Part shown: positions 25,498-32,000 of the stretch, piece by piece
Layout: every line of letters starts with the position of its first letter
Position numbering within the stretch: position 1 is the stretch's first letter
DNA from: a virus
IMG/VR virus record: IMGVR_UViG_3300045988_181567
Coordinates: 1 to 32,000 of that record
DNA length: 32,000 nucleotides
Strand: one strand, 5' to 3'
Program-made: the position numbers and the translations under genes
The notes under the pieces: generated by a model
Databases searched by the model: none
Seen by the model: the letters and a program-made list of their open reading frames with translations, nothing else
What the model was told of the DNA's origin: nothing

Positions 25498-25770
25498 TTA
25501 TTGATTGAGAGCCTTTTCGGCGTTTTCTTTGACGGTAGCACGGATATCGTCAGATACCTGCAGCACATCCAAAGCTGCATCAAGCGTCAGAGTGCCGGAG
25601 CGAACAAGTTTTACAACACTTTCGGAAAGCGTTTCAATACGGCCTTTCTCAATTCCTTTTTGTTCGACATAGTCGCTGTAATTGCACATTTGGTTGATAC
25701 CCTCCTTAACATCGGCTGTTAATTGCAAACCGCATTTACGTGCAAGGTCGAGCTTTTCTTCTACTCGCAC
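25498..25770 (-). CDS. probable C-terminal remnant of an Rpn/PD-(D/E)XK transposase-like protein
   Basis: 90 aa resembling only the tail of that family (LTADVKEGINQMCNYSDYVEQKGIEKG...). Confidence 0.5.
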   Translation of the reverse strand: MRVEEKLDLARKCGLQLTADVKEGINQMCNYSDYVEQKGIEKGRIETLSESVVKLVRSGTLTLDAALDVLQVSDDIRATVKENAEKALNQ

Positions 25771-25838
25771 ATTTTGGCAACAGAACAGCGAGAAAAATCA
25801 GGAAACAGTCGTTGCTCCCGGCAACCATCGCTGCGGAT

Positions 25839-26873
25839 TTATGCTTCAAACCTTTGTACAAGCATCATAGGGACGAGGTTTTCTCGCACAAAGAACCCGC
25901 AATCTTTGACATAGCGGTTTACTTTTTTACGTTCGCCTTCGCAAATATCGCAGATGTTTACGAAGATTTCTTTTGTTTTCGGCTCATAGTAGAGGAAGTT
26001 GTCAAGAGGAATCTTAATCTGCATATTTCCGGCGTTTTTGTTGCACAGCGTTACATCGACAATGTTCTTTTTGCAAACAGTTCCCTTGTAGGAATTCAGA
26101 AGATGTCTCGCTGTTTTCTGGGATTCGTTTTTGGTCGGAACGAACATGTTGGTCATCTTACTTGCAAGCCTCGCTGCCGCAACCTTTTTGGGGATATATG
26201 CACCGGTAGGCGTTTCCTTTGATGTCGTTTTAAAGTTCCTTCTACTGAGACTTGTCAACAAAGAAGTTGTGAATCCTTCGGGGTCACAAGCATAGTTAAG
26301 ACCCAACTCGTAGTAGCCAAGTACACTGACTGGATATAAAGTTTGCAAGGCGTTCTTGATACAGCCGAAATACACCGGCTTCTCACGCTTAGAGAGCATA
26401 TCCAAAATCGCGTACTGTTTTGCCAGATTCTTAACGGCCTCGCTCTTTTCTACGCCAGCGTCAACTGCGTATTCCTTCAAAACCTTTCTGGTAAACGCAT
26501 CCCAGAATTCAGACACAAAATCAGCATCATCGAACTTCTGCCTACTTTGAGTGCAAATTCGCCAAAGCGGCCCCATAAGCCAAAGACGAGACGAATCAAT
26601 GACAACCCCGACCTTTTCAAATTTGGTATCTTTCCCAAACTCCTCTATTGGACGGTTGCTGTCACCTTCAAACGTTTTGTATGGGATAGCTTGCATGTAT
26701 ACTTCGGATGCTTTATCTCTAACGGGAACCTTCAGCAATCGAACATATACACTCCTATCCGTTTCTGTTGGAAAACCGTAGCTTTGAGGGATAAGCCCCT
26801 CGAGATAGGTCTCACTTGAATTGTGCAGATAGTCAAGAATCGTATCAGCATCCAAATATCTTATAGCATCCAT
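25839..26873 (-). CDS. hypothetical protein (~344 aa) in the radical SAM/ATP-grasp operon
   Basis: Start MDAIRYLDADTILDYL lies just downstream of the ATP-grasp-like gene stop; large ORF. Confidence 0.75.
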   Translation of the reverse strand: MDAIRYLDADTILDYLHNSSETYLEGLIPQSYGFPTETDRSVYVRLLKVPVRDKASEVYMQAIPYKTFEGDSNRPIEEFGKDTKFEKVGVVIDSSRLWLMGPLWRICTQSRQKFDDADFVSEFWDAFTRKVLKEYAVDAGVEKSEAVKNLAKQYAILDMLSKREKPVYFGCIKNALQTLYPVSVLGYYELGLNYACDPEGFTTSLLTSLSRRNFKTTSKETPTGAYIPKKVAAARLASKMTNMFVPTKNESQKTARHLLNSYKGTVCKKNIVDVTLCNKNAGNMQIKIPLDNFLYYEPKTKEIFVNICDICEGERKKVNRYVKDCGFFVRENLVPMMLVQRFEA

Positions 26874-26889
26874 AGGGCAGACTCCTTTT

Positions 26890-28320
26890 TCAGCTGTTCG
26901 TAGCCATAGGCAACCACTGCTGCGGGTAGGCACGAAGTTTCTCCCTAGGCACGCAATCGTTCAGTGCGGAGTTTTCAGCGAGCGCCATGTCGATGATGTA
27001 ATAATCATCACCATTGCGCATCACATCAATACTCCACTGCCCTACCAGTTCTATGGCGGGAAGAATCTTCTTGATTTCCTCCAGAATCATCCGAACACTG
27101 TCATCGTACCGAGATTGCAGAACATCCTCGTGCATCTGATAGATGACATAGTCGTGGCGTTCCTGCGGCGTACTTGCATTCTTGAACTTACCCTTCATTA
27201 CATCGGCACGCCAATATGGACTGATACCCAGCACCTCATCAGCGTCGAAATCGACGAACACGCGGTACTCAGTATGCAGCGGCAAACCGTTGTAGATGGT
27301 CGGGTTGTGTTCCTTGTCCTTGATATACTCTCTGAGCACCCACTCGTTCGTTGTATTAGCACCATAGAAGCAGGTATTGTTCAACGGCGAAGCCATAGAA
27401 CAGGTCAGATGGTTCAGGAACAGGAAATACTCGCCCATCTCATTGATTTCCTTCGTGTCATGGATATGAGCGTTGCGGAACTCATACTTGGAAGAATAAG
27501 TTCCTGTTTTGATGAAGTAGTCCTCATGCTCATCCAACTTGAATATCCGCTTGCAATAGCGGTTCACGATTTCCTTGGTCACTGGATTCAGGGTTTCAAA
27601 GCCAAGGCGAGTGAGCTGCAGCATCGGCAGCGGTACACGCAAAATCTTGGTATCAGGAATCCTGAAGAACTTGTTCCCGCACAACGCTTTTGCCAGCGGC
27701 GGAAGCCAGAATCCCATCGTGTTGGGATTCATTTCGAGCATCTGGTAGGTGAAGTCGTCGAGGTCAAGAATATCAAGACCCTGACGGAACTGGTTGTAGT
27801 AGAACTTCTTCATGCGGTCATCGCGTGCATCCTTGTACCCGGCGTAATTCTGAAGCAGAATCTTATACGACGGCTCCGAGATATCGACCTTCGCAAGATT
27901 TCCTGTCAGCTGAGGTCTGAGTTCTTCCGGGTATTTTTTCAGGTCATCGTTCGTTACCGTTACAGCGTATCGAGATGACGCATAGTTCACATAGTATCCG
28001 CCGCGTTTTTCGTTGTAGATGTACAGGCGAGTACCATCTGTTAACTCACCTACGATACGGTCGATAAGCGCTTCTAGGTCCCGCGTAAACGGCACCCTCT
28101 TGTCGAGCATAGCCTTGACAGTAGCGGTATCCCACTGTAAGAAGTTCTCGGCCAATGCCCCGCTGTCCAGCACCTGTTTCTTATAGGCATCCTCGAATGT
28201 TTTGAGGGCATCAGGGCTGGTTTTCAGCATTGCAGCAAGTTCTTCGTAGGAAAAAGGCTTTTCTTCCTTTTTAGTCAACATTGCACCTATTTGTGCAATC
28301 ATGTCTTTGTTTTTAGCCAT
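26890..28320 (-). CDS. ATP-grasp-like protein (possibly R2K clade)
   Basis: C-terminal region LHTEYRVFVDFDADEVLGISPYW...VGQWSIDVMRNGDDYYIIDMALAENSAL has ATP-grasp metal-binding character. Confidence 0.55.
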   Translation of the reverse strand: MAKNKDMIAQIGAMLTKKEEKPFSYEELAAMLKTSPDALKTFEDAYKKQVLDSGALAENFLQWDTATVKAMLDKRVPFTRDLEALIDRIVGELTDGTRLYIYNEKRGGYYVNYASSRYAVTVTNDDLKKYPEELRPQLTGNLAKVDISEPSYKILLQNYAGYKDARDDRMKKFYYNQFRQGLDILDLDDFTYQMLEMNPNTMGFWLPPLAKALCGNKFFRIPDTKILRVPLPMLQLTRLGFETLNPVTKEIVNRYCKRIFKLDEHEDYFIKTGTYSSKYEFRNAHIHDTKEINEMGEYFLFLNHLTCSMASPLNNTCFYGANTTNEWVLREYIKDKEHNPTIYNGLPLHTEYRVFVDFDADEVLGISPYWRADVMKGKFKNASTPQERHDYVIYQMHEDVLQSRYDDSVRMILEEIKKILPAIELVGQWSIDVMRNGDDYYIIDMALAENSALNDCVPREKLRAYPQQWLPMATNS

Positions 28321-28390
28321 TTAAGGTCTCCTTTTCTAAGAAAGCCACCGTTTCTGTAGGAAAACGGTGGCAATGTATAAGTGATATGGT

Positions 28391-29131
28391 TTAGCTTGCA
28401 ATGCACAACTCGCTGTTGGAAATGTTCCCCAGCCAGTTTTTGTTCATTACATTACCAGAACGATATTTCTTCTGCGATTCGTAGGACAAATCGCAGCCGG
28501 AAACGACATCGCCGATGGCGTTCAAGTACAGCTCGCCGCTGTAAAAGTCGATGCCGCCGGTTTTGCTGAATTCGTATTCGAGCTTGTCTATATAAGGCTC
28601 ACGTTTCTTATAGATATTCGAATCGAGATTCTTAGCACGCCCTTCGTTCAGTAAACAAGCCCGATGAAAGTCCGTTACCTTATCGTTACGGTTATATTTC
28701 AAGCCACTAAGGATACTTTTACTTTCATATGGGATTGCTTCATGGAAATCATCGCTGCTGATACAAAGACCACACGAATAGTCATCCTTGTCATCGCAAT
28801 AATTCCACCACTCCAGACTCGCCATAGCAAGGTCAGCCATCTTATCGACGGCTTTTCCGTTGGTGACCATGTAAAAGCTTCCAACGGCGATACCGCGCTC
28901 TTTGACAGCTTTCAAGGTGTATCGAATTGCCGGTATGTTCAGAGAAATTTCGCCGCCGGTAAAGGTAAGAGAGCTGATATAAGCTCCCTTCTCAAAGCTG
29001 TCGAGAAAAGCATCAATGTACTTTTCCTGAATATCGATGCTTTCGGCATCTCCGCGCAGGCAGTGCGCACAGCACATATTGCACCGGCGCGTAACTTCTA
29101 TGAATACGCTGTTTGCGGCATAAATACGCAT
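28391..29131 (-). CDS. radical SAM protein
   Basis: CxxxCxxC in FIEVTRRCNMCCAHCLRG followed by SSLTFTGGEISLN. Confidence 0.9.
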   Translation of the reverse strand: MRIYAANSVFIEVTRRCNMCCAHCLRGDAESIDIQEKYIDAFLDSFEKGAYISSLTFTGGEISLNIPAIRYTLKAVKERGIAVGSFYMVTNGKAVDKMADLAMASLEWWNYCDDKDDYSCGLCISSDDFHEAIPYESKSILSGLKYNRNDKVTDFHRACLLNEGRAKNLDSNIYKKREPYIDKLEYEFSKTGGIDFYSGELYLNAIGDVVSGCDLSYESQKKYRSGNVMNKNWLGNISNSELCIAS

Positions 29132-29149
29132 TTTTTCATGTCCTTTCTG

Positions 29150-29479
29150 TTATTCTTCCGCGCAATCCTCGTAGTCGTCCATGAAGTTCTCGTTGCGGTC
29201 AACGACAACATTCACATCCGGCGGAGCAATTTTAGCCAGACCATAGTTCAAGAAGAACGAGCCGGGAATGTCATCGACATCGCCCCAGTTCCAGCAGCCA
29301 CAGTTGATTTCCAGCTGTCGTTTGCCTTCGTCCGTCTTGAGATAGTCCATGACAGCACTGCGCAGGACCGTTTCGGGGTCACGGATTTGCTCCGGATTGT
29401 AGCTGAATTGCATCAGTGTGCATTCCGTTGCGGATAAGCCAATGACCTCATTGGCGACGATTGTAAAAACTCTTAACAT
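29150..29479 (-). CDS. hypothetical protein (109 aa), first gene of the radical SAM operon
   Basis: ORF with AAGGAGTG RBS directly downstream of leader element D. Confidence 0.7.
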   Translation of the reverse strand: MLRVFTIVANEVIGLSATECTLMQFSYNPEQIRDPETVLRSAVMDYLKTDEGKRQLEINCGCWNWGDVDDIPGSFFLNYGLAKIAPPDVNVVVDRNENFMDDYEDCAEE

Positions 29480-29513
29480 TGGTGTTTACACTCCTTTTTT
29501 TGTTTTGACGCAA

Positions 29514-29652
29514 AAAAGGGCGGACCTCTCAGAAACGAGAAGTCCGCCCTTTAAGCGAAATTGTGAATTGTACGAAAGGCATAAAACCCTTTCGATATGG
29601 GATGTTATCTATCGTACAATACCCATTCTATTCAGTTCGCACATTTTGGCAA
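29514..29652 (-). promoter_or_regulatory. Leader element D
   Basis: Minus: TTGCCA-N16(GTGCGAA)-TAGAAT, GGGTATTGTACGATAGATAACAT, CGAAAGG/CCTTTCG hairpin, ATTCACAATTTCG, terminator GGGCGGACTTCTC-GTTTCT-GAGAGGTCCGCCC-TTTTTT. Confidence 0.85.
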
Positions 29653-29833
29653 GAAAAAATCACCACCTACTTGCATAGGCGGCGACTGATTTACTTGCTA
29701 TCGTTTTAGTACCTTATTGGGGTTTTCCGTTTCCGAATCAGCCAAGGCGCGTTCCTGAACCCAGTTCGCCCAGAGCGGGATATTTCGTGTACTACTCAAA
29801 TAGGCTTATATGGATTGGATGCTGATTGGATAT

Positions 29834-30982
29834 TTATGGCTTGCAGTATCCACAAGGCGTATATCCCTGTTTGATAAGTTCCTCTCTTGTGCCGGTGTAC
29901 TTCTCTCTATTTGCATCGCTTATCTGAGATGCAGAGGAGCAATCAGGGCGGTGGAACTTGCGAGAGTTCGTGTTCAGGATGTAGGTCTCGGAAATTGTGT
30001 CAGGCTGCTGTGGTTCTTCCAACTCGGTGCCAGAGGCATCAACATCCTTGTGGTATTCCCCATACGAGAAGGTGACTTCCGTACCGTCAGAGGTGCAGTA
30101 AATATCACCGAGTTCGTCCGTTCTGAACACCTCAACTCCCGCGCTGGCCAGCTTTGCGAGGGTTTCGCTGTGCGGGTGTCCGTAGCTGTTGTCCTTGCCG
30201 CAGGATATGACCGCATAAGTAGGGCTCACGGCATCCAGAAATGCCTGAGAGGTGGAGGTACTGGACCCGTGATGCCCGACCTTTAAGACGGTGGATTCGA
30301 TGTCTTGTTCGGATTCGAGTATCTTCTCTTCTGTTTCCTGTTCGGCATCACCGGTGAACAGGAAAGATGTATCTCCGTAGACAATGCGAATTACAATGGA
30401 AGTATTGTTCGTGTCCTCAGGCACGGAATTGACGGCCACAACGGTGACGGTGGCTTCCCCTAGGGTGAATGTATCCCCAACTGCCGGGACGGTAATGCCA
30501 CCGCCTCTCTCGTCTGCACGAGCCTTAAAGTTCCGGAATGCCTTGCTGTCATATTCTGTCACAGGACAGAATGTGACATCGGCTGTGTCAGCCTCGAAAG
30601 CACCCGAAAGACCTCCGATGTGGTCTTCGTGGGCGTGTGTTCCTACGACATAGTCTAAGTGTCCCTCTGTCTCGCGCTGTAATACTGAGTATACAAGGTT
30701 CGAGTCATCGGCATTGCCGCCGTCAATGAGCATCGAGTGCCCATCGCAGGTGACGAGGGCGGAATCTGCCTGCCCGACATCGATAAAGTGGATGGTAAAG
30801 CTGCCGCCTTCCGATACGCCAGCCGTCTCCTGACCGCTTTGTGCGGTAGTTTCTGAGATGACCCCGGATACAGGAAGGCTTCCCGGAGATTCCGGTGTCT
30901 GACCGCAGCCTGTGAATGTCAGTGTGAAGAACGCGGCAATTACTGCTGCAGTTCTCCGAAGAAATTTGTGTTTGGTTTGCAT
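29834..30982 (-). CDS. MBL-fold (ComEC/Rec2-type) lipoprotein with C-terminal Cys-rich domain
   Basis: Lipobox TFTGC; THAHEDHIGG, TGDAE, VGHHGSSTST; C-terminal FHRPDCSSASQI...YTPCGYCKP. Confidence 0.9.
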   Translation of the reverse strand: MQTKHKFLRRTAAVIAAFFTLTFTGCGQTPESPGSLPVSGVISETTAQSGQETAGVSEGGSFTIHFIDVGQADSALVTCDGHSMLIDGGNADDSNLVYSVLQRETEGHLDYVVGTHAHEDHIGGLSGAFEADTADVTFCPVTEYDSKAFRNFKARADERGGGITVPAVGDTFTLGEATVTVVAVNSVPEDTNNTSIVIRIVYGDTSFLFTGDAEQETEEKILESEQDIESTVLKVGHHGSSTSTSQAFLDAVSPTYAVISCGKDNSYGHPHSETLAKLASAGVEVFRTDELGDIYCTSDGTEVTFSYGEYHKDVDASGTELEEPQQPDTISETYILNTNSRKFHRPDCSSASQISDANREKYTGTREELIKQGYTPCGYCKP

Positions 30983-31005
30983 GGGTTTTGTCTCCTTTCA
31001 AATAA

Positions 31006-31121
31006 AAAAAGCGGGCCCATCCCCCGAAAGGGATAAGTCCGCTAAAAACGAAATTGTGAATTGTAAGATATCTGGTATCTATCGTACAATTCTATTCTAC
31101 CGGTATCGCAAGAACATGCAA
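31006..31121 (-). promoter_or_regulatory. Leader element E
   Basis: Minus: TTGCAT-N16(TTGCGAT)-TAGAAT, TTGTACGATAGATACC, ATTCACAATTTCG, terminator GCGGACTTATCCC-TTTCG-GGGGATGGGCCCGC-T7. Confidence 0.8.
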
Positions 31122-31124
31122 TAC

Positions 31125-31352
31125 TCAAACCGTATCCGAAACATCATGACACAGCATCCTGTCCGCATAAATACAGCAAAGAACCAAACCAAGGCTCGCA
31201 ACGCAGCCGAACGCGACATGCTTCGGGGAAAGAAGGAGCCATTCGATGTCGTTCATTACTTTCACCCAAAACAAAACGCCCATCATAGCAATGATGAGCG
31301 GAATAAAGACAGTTCCTGTGTAATGCAGGAATTTTCGGATTTTTCTTTTTTG
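31125..31352 (-). CDS. small membrane protein (~75 aa)
   Basis: MQKRKIRKFLHYTGTVFIPLIIAMMGVLFWVK...VAFGCVASLGLVLCCIY: two TM segments. Confidence 0.6.
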   Translation of the reverse strand, partial: QKRKIRKFLHYTGTVFIPLIIAMMGVLFWVKVMNDIEWLLLSPKHVAFGCVASLGLVLCCIYADRMLCHDVSDTV

Positions 31353-31374
31353 CATCCTAAAACTACATCTCCAA

Positions 31375-32000
31375 TCATGCTTGCAAAACAGCCTGAACCA
31401 CATATCTCTGATTCGTTGGGCTGTAATACCCAAACGGATAGCAGGTATACATGATAAGTTTATCGATTCCGTCTGTGAAATTAACGAGGACAGTGCCGTC
31501 ATCCGCAATCACGGTGCTCGCGTCCGAGGACACATAGCCTGGTTTTGCCAGGGTGACGGAATACACATACTCGCCGTAATCGGTGTCTACCACAAAGTTA
31601 TCCCCTATGCTGACATATTGCAGCAGAGAAAACACGCTGTCGTTATGAGAGCAAAGCAGATGCCCTCCGGTCACACCGACTTGGTAAGAACCCGGATACT
31701 GATATACCCCGCCGCGTTGATTCAAAAGACTCTGGTCATCGCCCCAGATAAGAGAAGCGTTCAGGCCAATCGCGTCACAGGTAATCGTGCCGTAGGCTTG
31801 ACCCCAGGCGGCAGGTACAACATCACCCCAGACAGAGGTTGCTGCCGCAGGTTCTGGAGTCGGCGAGGGAGTCGGGCTCGGTGCAGGCTCAGATGTCGGA
31901 CTCTGGGACGGTTCTGGTTGCGGTGTAGGAGACGGTTCAAAAGACGCAGCGGGTTCCGGGCCTGGTTCCGGTACTTCGGATAGGTCCGAGATTTGCTGTT
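31375..32000 (-). CDS. class D-like sortase, 5' end outside the window
   Basis: Frame stays open past the listed ORF: ...VPAAWGQAYGTITCDAIGLNASLIWGDDQSLLNQRGGVYQYPGSYQVGVTGGHLLCSHNDSVFSLLQYVSIGD...IMYTCYPFGYYSPTNQRYVVQAVLQA, preceded by a Pro-rich linker. Confidence 0.82.
   Translation of the reverse strand, partial: QQISDLSEVPEPGPEPAASFEPSPTPQPEPSQSPTSEPAPSPTPSPTPEPAAATSVWGDVVPAAWGQAYGTITCDAIGLNASLIWGDDQSLLNQRGGVYQYPGSYQVGVTGGHLLCSHNDSVFSLLQYVSIGDNFVVDTDYGEYVYSVTLAKPGYVSSDASTVIADDGTVLVNFTDGIDKLIMYTCYPFGYYSPTNQRYVVQAVLQA

Noticed and set aside
24433-25722. 429-aa plus-strand ORF and the similar plus ORFs 29418..29678 and 4895..5170
   Set aside because: Antisense of hypothetical genes; their shared peptides (SPPFKRNCE, IVQYLFYAIR) are only translations of the repeated leader elements.

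Overview
Nearly every credible gene in this window lies on the minus strand. The gene set looks like accessory/early DNA of a large phage or phage-like plasmid of a gut-type Firmicute: many tRNAs, ASCH, dCMP deaminase, AAA+ ATPase, PD-(D/E)XK nuclease, HD (p)ppGpp-hydrolase-like protein, tail-lysozyme-like protein, DUF4379-like zinc ribbons, MBL/ComEC-like lipoprotein and a sortase. No capsid, portal or terminase gene is visible, so the replicon type is inferred. Main points of interest: (1) an IscB-like RNA-guided nuclease (110..1480) with all RuvC/HNH motifs, preceded by ~350 nt of hairpin-rich non-coding DNA that is a candidate omegaRNA/HEARO; (2) seven copies of an unusual promoter (TTGCnn-N4-KTGCGAW-N5-TAnAAT, fixed 16-nt spacer), five of them followed by a conserved leader ending in an intrinsic terminator just before a gene; (3) a tRNA/non-coding region (~15.0-18.1 kb) with four copies of a small covarying hairpin motif (loop UCCACGC/UCCUCGC) and ~770 nt of dense secondary structure, a candidate large ornamental RNA; (4) near-absence of TAG stops plus two genes that look continuous through an in-frame TAG, suggesting possible amber recoding; (5) a tRNA-Ser(GCT) with a greatly enlarged variable region and a tRNA-like acceptor/T-arm structure without a normal anticodon arm; (6) an operon of a small protein, a radical SAM protein, an ATP-grasp-like protein and a 344-aa unknown protein behind one of the leaders; (7) three multi-HTH array proteins around an AAA+ ATPase. 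All calls were made by eye; no database search or folding program was run.
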